In this document: positions 23,201 through 35,534 of the stretch, one piece after another
Position numbering within the stretch: position 1 is the first letter of the stretch
Layout of the letters: each line of letters opens with the position of its first letter
From: Azolla caroliniana
Lineage: Eukaryota; Plantae; Polypodiophyta
Assembly (NCBI GenBank): GCA_043228905.1
Contig: JBHGNT010000017.1
Span: 3,844,001-3,908,000 of the forward strand
Length of the DNA: 64,000 nucleotides
Reading direction: 5' to 3'
Notes under the pieces: model-generated
Databases searched by the model: none
Told to the model about the DNA's origin: nothing
The model's input: only the letters and a program-made list of their open reading frames with translations
Translations under genes and position numbers: made by a program

Positions 23201-26141
23201 AAATTCCACGGTCAGTACGAGATGTACAATGTTTTCTAGGTTTTGCTAACTTCTACCGCAAGTTTATACAGGATTACTCGAAGATTATTTTACCTCTCAC
23301 AAAACTTACGAAGAAGGGACAAGCATTTCTTTGGTCCAATGAAGCGGACATGGCTTTTCGGCATCTTAAGAAAGCCTTTACATTAGCACCTATTCTAGCT
23401 CATGTGGATACAAGCAAATCATTCATCATGGAGGCTGACGCATCAGATTTCGCACTCGGTAGCATCCTTTCTCAACAAGGAGATAAAGAAGAGTTACATC
23501 CTGTGGCTTTCCATTCGCGCAAATTCGATGGTGCGGAAATCAACTACGAAATACATGACAAGGAGTTATTAGCCATCGTGGATTCATTTGTGCAATGGTG
23601 GCCTTTTTTGGAGGGCTCTCCACATCAGGTCATCGTCTTCAGTGATCACAAGAATCTTTCTTATTTCTAGAACACTCGTGTGCTAAATCGACGACAAGCT
23701 AGGTGGGCTCAATTCCTCACACGTTTTGATTTCAAAATCTCATATCGACCGAGGAAGTAGCAAGGAAAGGCAGATGCACTATCACGACGTTCATATCTTG
23801 CACCTCGTCCTGGTGATCCAACGTTCGATAATCAAAAGCAAGTAATCTTGGGACCAACACGATTGCACACAACGCGGATTTTTCACACCCCAATGGATTC
23901 CCAGATTACCGACACCATACATGCGAACTTGAAGACGGACAATTTTGCGCAAGACATTCTGGCGCACATTGATACCTCTCGGGCATCTTGTTCCCAGTCT
24001 CAACAACCATGTATGGACTACCGACAATTCGAATATCATGATGGTTTGTTATTCTTTAAAAAGCTTGTATATGTCCCTAATTGCTCCTGTCGCCTTCATA
24101 TCGTCCAAAGTTGTCACGACACCCATATGGCGGGACATTTCGGTAGCACTAAGATGTTAGATCTAGTTCAATGATCCTTTTGGTGACCCTATATGCGACG
24201 TTTTGTCGATGACTACGTTCGGACCTGTGATGCTTGCTGCCGAGCAAAGATGCCACGACACCATTCATATGGCTTGTTGGAACCCTTACCGATTCCAAGG
24301 AAGCCGTGGCAGTCTATTTGTCTTGACTTTATCACAGATCTGTTGATCTCGAAGGGGTTTGATGCTATCTTAACCGTTGTCAATCGATATATGAAGATGG
24401 CACATTTTGTGCTGTTTACTAAGGCCATCACTAGCGAGGAAACCGCCGCCCTTGTCATGCGTGAGGTATTTTGGCATCATGGCCTCCCAGACAGTATCAT
24501 CAGTGACCGAGGACCGCAATTCGTCTCCAAATTTTGGCAGCATCTCTTCAAGATGCTCAAGGTCTCTTGCAACCTCTCCTCCGGCTACCATCCTTAGAGT
24601 GATGGGCAGGCGGAACGAACAAACCAAACATTGGAGCAATATCTCCGGTGTTTCCTGAGTTATCAACAAGACGATTGGGCCGAGATTCTCCACTTTGCGG
24701 AGTTTGCGTATAATAATGTTGTTCACTCCTCGACTTGAGTCTCCCCATTCTACGCTTATACTGGTTCTCATCCTCGCTGGTCGGTGATTGACACCTCGGA
24801 GCTACCTACCAATCCTCGTGCTGAGGATCATTTAGAGAGACTATGCAAGATCTAGATGGATCTCTGTACTCATCTTCGTCATGCTCAACAGACACAAAAG
24901 ACTTACGCGGATCGTCATCGGCTTCCCTCCTCTTTTGCCTTCGGAGATCGAGTATGGCTTTTACGTTGTCACATCAAGACTACTCGACCGTGCGACAAGT
25001 TGGATTATTGACGAATCGGTCCTTTCCGTATTATCAGTAAGGTTAATGATGTCACGTTTCGCCTTGATCTTCCTCTGCATCTTCGGATACATCCGGTCTT
25101 CCATAGTTCTCTTCTTGAACCTTATAAAGCAAACACTATTCCCAATCGTGTTACACCACCCCCGCCCCCGCTTGAGTTAGACGCCGGCCCGGAGTATGAA
25201 GTTGCTCCAATCCTTGACTCCAAATTTGTTCGCAACAAACTTTATTATTTGGTCGATTGGCTCAGCTATAGTCCGAGCGAATGCACTCGGGAGCCCGTCA
25301 AGCATGTCGCCAATGCTTAAGATCTTCTTGCTGATTTTCACCGACAGTATCCCGACAAACCCGATCCTCAATCAGCGTCGAACCTTATAAAGCAAACACT
25401 ATTCGCGATCGTGTTACACCACCACCACCCCCGCTTGAGTTAGACTCCGATCGTGTTACACCACCGCCGCCCCCGCTTAAGTTAGACGCCGGCCCGGAGT
25501 ATGAAGTTGCTGCCATCCTCGACTCCAAATTTGTTCGCAACAAACTTTATTATTTGGTTGATTGGCTCGGCTATAGTCCGAGCGAACGCACTTGGGAGCC
25601 CGTCGAGCATGTCACCAATGCTTAAGATCTTCTTGCTGATTTTTACTGACAGTATCCCGACAAACCCGGTCCTCAATCAGCGTCAACTCGTTCCACTCGT
25701 CGTCTTAAGGGGGGGATAGTGTCATGTTATGGCAAGACTCGAACCCATGACCTTATGGTATATGAGTCGAGCTCTTAACCATCACACCATCTATTGTAAT
25801 TTGTAGGATATTATTTTCATTTATGCTTTATTATAAGAAATTAATGTATATTCCAGATTTCTTTGGAACATTCCAGAAGCTTTAGGACTACTCCTAAGAA
25901 CACTATAAAAGGAGGCATAAGGCATTGTTTTGAACCAAATTAGTTCAACGCCAGTCTTAAGCCTCTCAGCCACTTTGTACTTATCCTTCACATAATATAG
26001 TAGCTGTTATCATCATCTCTCTCTCTCTCATCCTCGCTATCTCTCTCTCCTCTTCTCTCTTCCTCTCTCGGGAATCTTACGCAGTCCCGTCCTCTTAGTA
26101 CTAATAGTACTTCTCTCTCTACTTTAGTACTATTCTTGACA
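20222..26141 (+). mobile_element. Full-length Ty3/gypsy chromovirus (Tcn1/Tf1-like), coding regions decayed
   Basis: LTRs 20222-20637 and 25720-26141 (TGTCATG...TGACA); TSD AAACC; PPT AAGGGGGGGATAG before the 3' LTR; domain order gag, PR (LLNSGA), RT (YLDD), RH (DASD), IN, chromodomain. Confidence 0.95.
20705..25690 (+). pseudogene. Chromovirus gag-pol with multiple stops and frameshifts, and a duplicated chromodomain
   Basis: ORF pieces 21023-21457 (gag), 21829-22281 (PR), 22360-23670 (RT/RH), 23848-24597 (IN: HDT..AGHFG, CDAC, SDRGPQF). EYEV..ILDSK....LYYLVDW occurs twice, at about 25192 and 25497. Confidence 0.9.
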
Positions 26142-26560
26142 AAACCATTTTTCCATATCTTGCATCCAACTGGAACACAAAATTTTTCTTTTATGCGTCT
26201 TTTGGATCTTTTTGCTTGCTTCCCATTCAATTCTAGGAAGTCGATGTGAGGGACTTTTTTGAACCTTAAGCATGTATTCAACAACCCTTTCCGTGGACAT
26301 GATCTCAATGGGAAGTGATCCTAACTCAAGGACGAGGAGGGTGTTGGGTGTTTGTTTCTTAACTTGTACAAATTTTGTAAGAAAATGTTTTTGGACATTT
26401 TCAAACTCTTTCCACATAGATTTAGGGATGCTACCGCCCTATACTTCCCTCCCCCCCCATAGAGAAGCACCGGTGTCACCAAAGTGTTGAAAAGATATTT
26501 TTTGAGGACCCAACACTTAATATGTCCATGATTGTGTTTAACTTAGATATATGTCCCTCC

Positions 26561-27315
26561 TGTGGGAGAAGCCAACAGTTTGGTTGAGTAAGTGTTGACA
26601 GTCGAAGACAAGGAGTAGCCGACTGGTCAGACAGAGAACCGACAATCAATGACAAGGTAGAGTCGACAACACAGAAAGTGATCCAAGTCGAAGACACGAC
26701 CGACTAGTCGGGTCGACCGGATGATCAAAGAAAAGGCTGACTAATCGAGTGTATTGGACAGTCGACATAAGAGGCGGCTAGTCGAATCGACTAGTCGATC
26801 AGTCGATTGATTAACTATTATTGTTATTAGTATAATAATAGGATTGAGCGTAGTAGAGGCTACATTTGTAAATAGCCCATACTGTGTATAAGTATAAATA
26901 CACTTAGGGAAAACATAGAGTTGTAGAATAGTAGAACAAAAAAGCGTTGTAGAGAGTATGAGAGAGCGGCGATAGAGTTCCTCCCAGTCAAAGACCTATA
27001 TGAGCCCATCAACAGAGCAGAAATACCCATGGGGGTATTAGAGTCTGAATGGAAACTTCTAAACAGAAAGGCGGTGGCCACCACCAAACAATGCGTCGAT
27101 GTGAGTGTCCTGCAACACATGGTTAAAGACACAAATGATTATGAAATATGGCATTAGCTGTCAGGTTTGTATGAGAGGAAGAATGCCCTCAACAAAACAT
27201 CTTTGATGAGAAAGATTGTGAGGTTGAAATATAGGGACGGAGAGAACATAGTCGATCATGTAAGGCTCACATTCATGGGGTATGTGAACCAACTTGCGAC
27301 AACCAAGTTCCCCCT
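26561..27315 (+). mobile_element. Truncated copia relic (G): partial LTR fused to a gag fragment of the 50630-element type
   Basis: The LTR core ATTTGTAAATAGCCC...TATAAATA..CTTAGGG resembles the B/C/D LTRs. Gag DLYEPINRAEIP..EWKLLNRKAVAT...YERKNALNKTSLMRKIV matches 51300-51720. Confidence 0.75.
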
Positions 27316-27577
27316 TGTTGAGAATCAAGCTCAATATAGCACAACGTGTGAACACACCTTTTGAGAATCTATGATTACTCAAAGGTCAAGAGTCACACCA
27401 CTACTCTCTACACATTAACTATGTGTCATAGAATCATATTCTATGACACATAATTGATGAGTTACATATTCCCCATGACTATGAGTCTTCACATTCCCCA
27501 AGAGAGAGAGAGTGGTTGTTGTAAGTTAATGAAGAGAGAGGGTGACTCTATATAAAGCACCCTCCTCATACTTCATA
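27316..27577 (+). mobile_element. Partial LTR (U3) of the copia-E family, cut at 27577
   Basis: Starts TGTTGAGAATCAAGCTCAA and matches the reverse complement of 43351-43091. Confidence 0.85.
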
Positions 27578-30350
27578 CTAAGTCGGTTGTGACTCCTTAT
27601 TATGCAAACACGTTCGCGTTCACAAGTGGAAGGATCGCACATAAATGGAAGGATAAGGGAAATTTTAGGGGTTTTTCAATGATTTTACAAAACACATTGA
27701 TACCAGTATCATACAAGTTCAAACATACTATGAAAAAGGTTAAAAATCCACTATTTTCGTGATTTAGAAGTAACTAAAAAAAGACGAATTTCAAAAACAT
27801 ACATTCTCAATTTATATCACAAACTTTACAACCAATGTTATTTTATAAGAAACGATTTTTTAGAAATCATAAGAATTCAAAACACATGATTTTATATTAC
27901 TCGATTTGTTACAAGCGGAATGTAGTTACACTTAATAGCCAAATATACATTCATGATCACTCCTTTACGGAGAATCACTACTATAACTAATATACAATGA
28001 CGATTCCTCCTCATCATCCTCGGATGTACCAATCAGTGCATTATCTTCGTCATAAACCAAATGGTTTGACTCTAGATTATATGTAGCAGATCTCGTTTGC
28101 CTTTGACTCGAGCCACCTTGTAGACCTGGTAATTTTTCTTTTATTATATCTATTGTTGACTTCCTTAATCGTCCGGCTTTTGTAAGTGTGAAGTCGTACA
28201 CGATGATATCCACATCAGAAATATCAAGGGTCGAGGTGTTACGAATGTTTCGCTTCCTCTTCCTACCTCCCCTTCTTGTTTGGCATTCAATCATCTCCAA
28301 TGTATGCTTACCTGTAAAAGCATTTGCGCTTCTAGTGTTGTACCAATGAACATTTATAGACTTGATCGTGTTTTCTATTTCATGCATTAGCACTTCTAGA
28401 ATTTTACCAACCCAAAATTGGTGGCCATGTGAGTTCTCATCAGCCGGCGTTGCAATCAACATCCCCGCGGTGAGCTCTTGCAAATTTCCTTGCCATCTAG
28501 CTTCGGCTGCTTTCGTCATCCTTGGTCCCACATAAATGTCTCTTTGTTGTGGATGGACCAAGCTGTCATTAATCGCATTTACTAGTTGCTCCGGACTTCT
28601 ATTTACGCGATCATGTTGCAGCGACCATGTGAATGGCGTTTCCAAATTCCAATTATCAACAGATACACAATTGTCTATAATTTCTTTCTGATCACTATAA
28701 AATACATCCCACCATGACGTGTCTTGTTGTGCGGCATATTTCTTGGCGGCCTCAATATGCTTTCTTTTTTCTTCTAAGGCTTGGACCCATGACCGTTTTT
28801 GTTCTGATACCAAGTCGCTCTGCAACTGTCCTTTCTTCTCAATTGGCATTTGCTTAGCTCCATGGACAATTGTACTCGGCATACAAAGTAATAATTGGCA
28901 ACCACCTTCAGGTTCCCATGTTGTAGAAGATGAATATTGTTTAGCATACAAAAGTGTAGAACCACTTATTCCATTTTTCTTTATCAAAAAAATGTGATTG
29001 AAACTTATATTGTTTAACTGAGCAAGCACTTTAACATTCCCACCACCCCCATCTAATATATATCTCTTAAAGTCATATACCTCCTTCAAGTGTAACACTT
29101 TTGGGCGTGGTGTATAAGCATCACAAATGACATCAAATAGTTTAGGTAAAGTGAAAGCATCATGCCGAGACAACTGTCTGGAGAATGTGTTAAACATCTG
29201 ATCTATATGGTCATGTGTGTGGCCAACCAAAAGGAAATTGACTTTCACTTTCCTAAACAATTCTAGGTTGACCAACATACTTAGATAGCCAAATACAGTT
29301 GAATTTTTGTTCTCTCTAGCAATATTGTCCAATTGAATGTATAGAACAGGGGGGAAAGGTTGTCCCCAAGACATCAAAACTCGGTGAATCACTGTAACTG
29401 TTAGGTTAGGGTCATTGTGAACATTGGGGTAAGTAATGAAGACGTGAGGTCGAACAGACCTATTATAAGCCAAGCATCCCACCAAGTGCATTTGAACAAG
29501 GCACTCATCATTGACATCTTTGGGGAGCCTCCGCATATGCGGCACACATGTCTTCTTCTGGTCCATGCCATCTATCATTAAGCACATGTATTGTTCGGGC
29601 CTCTTCAAACACTTCTCTCTATGATGCATCGCCTTCCTTCGTTCTAAGGATTGTGCCTCACGATGCTCTTGTAGTAACTTCTTACTCGTATCCTTTTCCA
29701 TTGATGTCTTTGCACCTTTAGCCAAACTTTTAAGATTTGCACAAATGGAGCAATACCCCATACGTACTTTACGAGGAATAATAACATTTGAAAACCGAGC
29801 TCTCCATAATCTTGTGAATTGGCTATAGGTGATAGACTTATTACGTGAGCCCAGCATATCAGATCGATAGACATCATAAACTTCCCGACGTGTATAATTA
29901 TCAGAAAGATGCATCCTACCTGTAGTGGGCATTACTTTTCAATTTAACTGAAAGTAAGTTTTCATCTAGCCAATAGCTAGTCTTCCAATTGCACCTTTCA
30001 TACTTGGAACCTCTTTACAATTGAGCATCTGATCCCCGCTAAGTAGACGTTGTTGTACTCTATGTAGCCGCATGTTACTAACACATAACACAATTTTGAA
30101 TGCAACTCTACATATCTGTTGCGCATGGAAGATATAATACTCGAATGATACTTTGATCCCCGTACATTTGTCAGATACTAGTTGCATATGTGACCCGAGG
30201 TAAGTGTCTTGCTCATCACCGGTCATCGAAAAATAGTATCGCCTTAATTCTCGCAACTTTGATTTTCCAATCATAGACATACAACCACGGGCACAACATA
30301 TTTGGTTGACATCAAATCCAATCTGTTTATCTGATGTCACCAAGCTAAAT
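27578..30350 (-). mobile_element. DNA transposon, Sola1-like; one end probably at about 27578, the other lost
   Basis: Contains the transposase below. It interrupts the E-family LTR abruptly at CTTCATA|CTAAGTCGG. No second TIR was found. Confidence 0.6.
27965..30343 (-). pseudogene. Sola1-like (DUF7869-type) DDD transposase, about 790 codons, with two nonsense codons between the in-frame ORFs 29966-30343 and 27965-29932
   Basis: Motifs ICRVAFKIVLCVS..RL, CSIC, LMIDGMDQ, LYIQLDN..RENKN, FLLVGHTHDHIDQMF (three candidate catalytic Asp). The two ORF starts are 411 nt apart, so same frame. Superfamily assigned from recalled motifs only. Confidence 0.7.
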
Positions 30351-33300
30351 CTAGCCAGACGAATTCGTAGTCAACTCTGAACTGAGTCTTACTATCCGAA
30401 ACAGAAGCAGATGGCATCAACATCCGGCTCATCGGAGATGAGTCTAAGCAGGTTCGACGGTTCGAATTTCAACTTCTTGAAGGAACAAATGCAGGACTAT
30501 CTCATAGTCAAGGGTCAGATAGACCCGATTGAGAATGAAAATCCTCCAAAAGCATACAAGGCAAACGAGTGGCTAAAGCTGGACAGAATCGTCCGCGCCA
30601 CGATTCAGATGCACTTGTCGGAGTCAGTGTACTTCACAGTGCAATCATGCACGACAGCGTTTGAACTTTGGAAAACACTGTCGGAAACTTATGAAAAGAA
30701 GGTTGCCGCAACGAAGATGTATCTGATCCAGCGCCTCTACAACTTGCGAATGAAAGAATCTGATTCGGTTCAGGCACACCTCAATGAGTACGAAAGCATA
30801 AGCTCCCAAATCTCGTCTCAGGGGACGACAATTGAGGATGAACTCAGAGCAATGATACTCATGAGTAGTCTCCCCTCTTCATGGGAAACTTTCGTTACAA
30901 CCGTGTGCAATGCTTCAACAGTTGCAGTTAAGTACTCCGAAGTCACGAGCGCAATCCTGACTGAAGCATCTCGGAGAAAGTATTTCGCCAAAGACTCGGC
31001 AAATGAAGCTTACATAGTACAAGGTTCGACCAACCGATCGAACAACCGGGGAAGAAGTTCTTCCCAACCACCGAACAATCAGCGAAGCCGAAGCAAGTCT
31101 CGAGACAACCGAATTTGCAACTACTACAAGAAACCGGGACACATCAAAGCCGACTGTCGGGCACTCAAAGCAAAAAACGACAAAGCTCAGAGAGCGGATC
31201 AGAAGAGTAGCCGGCATGAGGAGGTCAACTACGTCGGCTCTTCAGCCGAAATTTTGACGACCAACCCGAACATACTGCCCATAGAGAACCCAGTCGAATC
31301 AGAAGTTCTACTTACGACTAAGGAATCGAGCACATGGCTCTTGGACTCGGGCACATCGTATCATGTGACACCTCACCAATGTCAGTTTCGGCAATACTCA
31401 GACCGGCACTCCGACTGAGTTCGAGTCGGAAACTCACAGCACTGTGCTATAATCGGAATCGGCACCGTAGAGCTCAATCTTCCGGGAGGCTCTACACTCG
31501 TACTACACAATGTCCGACACGTTCTTGAGTTTTCAAGACCCTTGAGCTCAGTCGGACAACTTGACGAAGCTGGCATCTATGTCGGATTCTCATCAGGAGG
31601 GTGGACACTCCACAAAGGGAACCTCCTGCTTGCTCGAGGACCAAAGGTACATTCCTTGTATCCTTTATATGTCACATTCAAAGAGGGTGACTTATTTTTG
31701 GTCGATATCCCCAAGTCATCGTTATGGCACAGACGACTTGGACACCTCAGCAAGGCCGGCATAACGCACTTATCCAGAGCCAGTTACATCCCCAAACTCT
31801 CCTTCTCGGATCACCAATTCTGCGAGCATTGCTAGTACGGCAAACAGGTAGCCACATCACACCCGACATCAGCACCAAGAGAATCGAGTCCCCTCGATTT
31901 GGTCCACTCGGACGTCTGTGGCCCGATGCCACATCAGTCTCTCGGCGGTGCCTCGTACTTCGTCAGTTTTATTGACGACTCGTCTCGAAAGGTGTGGGCT
32001 TACCCCATCAGAACCAAAGATCTGGTATTCTCGATCTTCTCTGAATGGCTTGCAATGGTCGAAAATCAGACTGGTCGGAAACTAAAATGTCTCCGAACTA
32101 ACAATGGAGGAGAATTCAAGTCTGAAGAATTCGTCAAATTTTGTCGAGAACGTGGCATTCAACGTGAATATACGACACCCTATAGTCCGGAGCAGAACGG
32201 AATTGCTGAACGCATGAATCAGACGATTCAAGAATGCGTAATATCCATGCTCCAACACTCCAGACTGTCGGATGGCTTCTGGGTGGAGGCTCTACTTACG
32301 GCAGTACACATAATAAATATGTCGCCAAGTAGACCTCTAGGACTTCACATACCTCAGGAAATATGGACTGGCAGTAAGCCGAATTATGACAAAATGAGGA
32401 TCTTCGGTTGTGAGGCGTATGCTCTCATACCGAAAGAAGACCGCCGGAAACTCGAACCCAGGTCAAGGAAATGTGTTTTTCTTGGATATGGACCCGACGG
32501 TGAGATCGGATACCGACTCTAGGACCCCGAGCACTGACAAATCGTCCGAAGTTTGGACGTCGTGTTCAACGAGTCAACTATGCATAAAACGGCCGAAAGG
32601 CCTATTGAAGTCCGAAGGGTAATATTTTCCGAAGTGCCAACCCTTCATGACGGCCCAACCCACAACACGAGATCGGTTTCATGGGTAACAGACAACTCTC
32701 GCAACGAATCCACCGATTCGGCACAACCGAATGGCTCGGCTCCTGACCATCCGACATTGACACCCGGTGCGACTAGTCCAGTCATACCTCGCAAATCCGA
32801 GAGACTGTCGCAACCTCCGGAGAGGTACTCTCCCGGAATTTTCTTTACCGAAGCCGACGAACCGACATCTTACGAAGAAGCATCGACATCTGCCAATTCA
32901 GCCACATGGCATCTGGCGATGGAGTCGGAAATGCACTCCATTCGGGCAAACAAGACTTGGGACTTGGTCGAATTGCCGAAGAATTGACGTGCTCTTCCGT
33001 GTAAGTGGGTCTATTGACTAAAAGAGACGTCCGACTCGACCACCCCAAAGTACAAGGCTAGATTAGTTGCGAAGGGATTTCGACAAGAATATGGCGTCGA
33101 CTTCGACGAAATCTTTTCACCAGTGGTGAAAATGACGACCCTTCGTTTCATGCTCGACGTCGTGGTCGCCGACAACTTGGAGTTGATTTAGCTAGATGTA
33201 AAAACAACATTCCTCCACAGTGACCTACAGGAGGAAATCTATATGGAGCAGCCGAAAGGATTTGTGGCATCCGGCCAGGAACATCTAGTCTACCGACTCA

Positions 33301-33920
33301 AGCAGAGTCTCTACGGCCTGAAACATGCACCCCGACAGTGGTACAAGAAGTTTGACGACTTCATCCAATCGGTTGGCTTCTTAAAGAGCGATGACGACCA
33401 TTGTCTCTTCACCAAAACAGCTCAAGACGGGTCTCCCGTCTTCCTCATCATCTACGTGGACGACATGCTACTCTCCGATCGGCATGCCGGAGAGCTCACC
33501 GAACTCGTTCGACAACTTCGGTTGAAGTTTTCCATGAAGGACCTCGGTCCGGCATGACACATACTTGGTATGAAGATTAGTCGGTATCGCGATACACGAC
33601 AACTTTTCTTGTCTCAAACTGACTACATCGGACGTGTCTTAGAACTCTTCAACATGCAATCGGCCAAGCCTGCTTCGACCCCGCTCCTCATTAACCTTCG
33701 GCTGTCTCAACGAGACTGTCCGACATCCGGTCCGAAGGGGGAAGATATGAAGTCGGTACCGTATGCACCGGCAGTCGGCTCCCTCATGTACGCGATGGTC
33801 GCAACACGGCCTGATATTTCTCACGCCGTAGGAGTCATCAAAAGATGTTGGGAGACAGGTCCCTCCGGATGGGAAGGGAGAAGAACAGTGCCGACGAACA
33901 AACTCACTGGCTACGGACAG

Positions 33921-34235
33921 GAGTACCCGGCTACGGAGAGCCGGATGATACAGGCCCGGTGTGAACCGGATGAGTACCCGGCTACGGAGAGCCGCATGAT
34001 ACAGGCCCGGTGTGAACCGGATGAGTACCCGGCTACGGAGAGCCGGATGATACAGGCCCGGTGTGAACCGGATGAGTAGTACCCGGCTACGGAGAGCCGG
34101 ATGGTGCAGGCCCGGTGTGAACCGGATGAGTAGTACCCGGCTACGGAGAGCCGGATGGTGCAGGCCCGGTGTGAACCGGATGAGGAGTACCCGGCTACGG
34201 AGAGCCGGATGGTGCAGACCCGGTATGAACCGGAG
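33921..34235 (+). repeat. Six 51/54-bp tandem repeats in U3 of the B 5' LTR (also at about 39493-39804 in the 3' LTR)
   Basis: Unit GAGTACCCGGCTACGGAGAGCCGGATGATACAGGCCCGGTGTGAACCGGAT with a 3-nt length variant. Confidence 0.93.
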
Positions 34236-35534
34236 GAAGAGACATATTCGTAAATATGTTTCTGAGAGGCCATCATGGCTATACTTGTAAATAGCCGAAA
34301 AGTCATATTAGTATAAATATGACTTAGGGCAAACTAATATAGTTGTTGTTACTTTTCTTGTTGGTGCAAGAAGAAGAGAGTGCATGTAATAGTGTACAAA
34401 GAGAGAGAGAGAGAAAGAGGTCGTTACCTTTGTTGTAACCGCCGCCTGTGGCGAAGAGCGTGAGTCCGAGGTCGTTGCCTCCGAGAACTCACAGTTTTTT
34501 GTACATTTCATACATAGTGACAGTTTGCAACCTGTGGGCTGCCGTGGTTTTTCCCCTAGTTTGGGGTTTTCCACGTATACCTCCTGTGTAGTATGTGTGT
34601 ATCTTCCTCTCCTTTTGTATCGTGTTCTATTTCCCGTCTTCTGTGTATGAAAAGCATCTCGGTTGTGGCCGAGCGTTGCGCATAAGGAGCTAGGAGTTCC
34701 CGTCAAGTGGTATTAGAGCGAAATCGACACAAAAAATGGACGAATCGCTTGGCGGCATGTTCAAGCTCACCACCTCCAACTATTCAGTGTGGAAGTCGAA
34801 GATGAGGGACATGCTTGTGGTTAAAGACCTCTGGCTGCCGGTTCAGTTCGGGGACAAGAGACCGGACAAAATCGACGCCGCGATATGGGAGGTGATGCAC
34901 ATGAAGACAACAGCGTACATACAGTGCTTCATCGACATGAGCCTATACAACAACTTCAATGAAGAGAGCAAGGCTCATGAGCTCTGGGAGAAGATCGGTA
35001 TAATGTTCCAAAACAAAAACGCTGTTAACCAGGTTTCGGTATTCCGGAAGCTGGTAAGACTCCGGTACCAAGATGGCTCCAGCATGGCGGAGCACATGAA
35101 TGCCTTCCAGGGGCTGATCCACCAGGCAACGTCATTGGAAGTACCTCTTGCCGACGAGGTACTAGCGCTACTCCTGCTCGGTTCCCTCCCCGATAGCTGG
35201 GAGACGTTGGTTGTCACTTTCGGCAACGCCGGGCCGGAAGGAAAACGGTTATCCCTAGCAAGAGTAAAGTCGAGCTTGCTAGAGGAGGAGGCGCGTCGGA
35301 AAGACAAAGACACGAGCTCCGACTCCAAAGCGCTCCTTACCGAATCGGAACGCGGAAGACATAGAAACCGTAGTCCCCAGAACCGGGAGAAGTCGGGGAC
35401 ACAGTCAAAGTCAAGGGGGAGGCCTACTTGCTTCTATTGCGGCAAGCTGGGACACTTCCAAAAGAACTGTCGGCATTTCCGTAAAGACAAGGAAACCGAC
35501 GGTACGATTCAAAGCAAACCCCGGACCGGAACGG

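Larger units (their letters stand above)
19238..26540 (-). mobile_element. RTEX-like LINE 3' part, split by two LTR insertions (pieces 19238-19536, 19966-20221, 26142-26540)
   Basis: Reverse-complement match to 1-620. The pieces are contiguous once the TSD-bounded insertions are removed. KYLFNTLVTPVLLYG post-RT motif near 26460-26510; (ATCT)n tail at about 19240-19256. Confidence 0.8.

Noticed and set aside
33921-34235. Regular repeats resembling a CRISPR array or a repeat protein (EYPATESRMIQARCEPD)n
   Set aside because: There are no unique spacers and no cas genes. The units lie in LTR U3, and the frame is broken by TAG in the 54-bp units.
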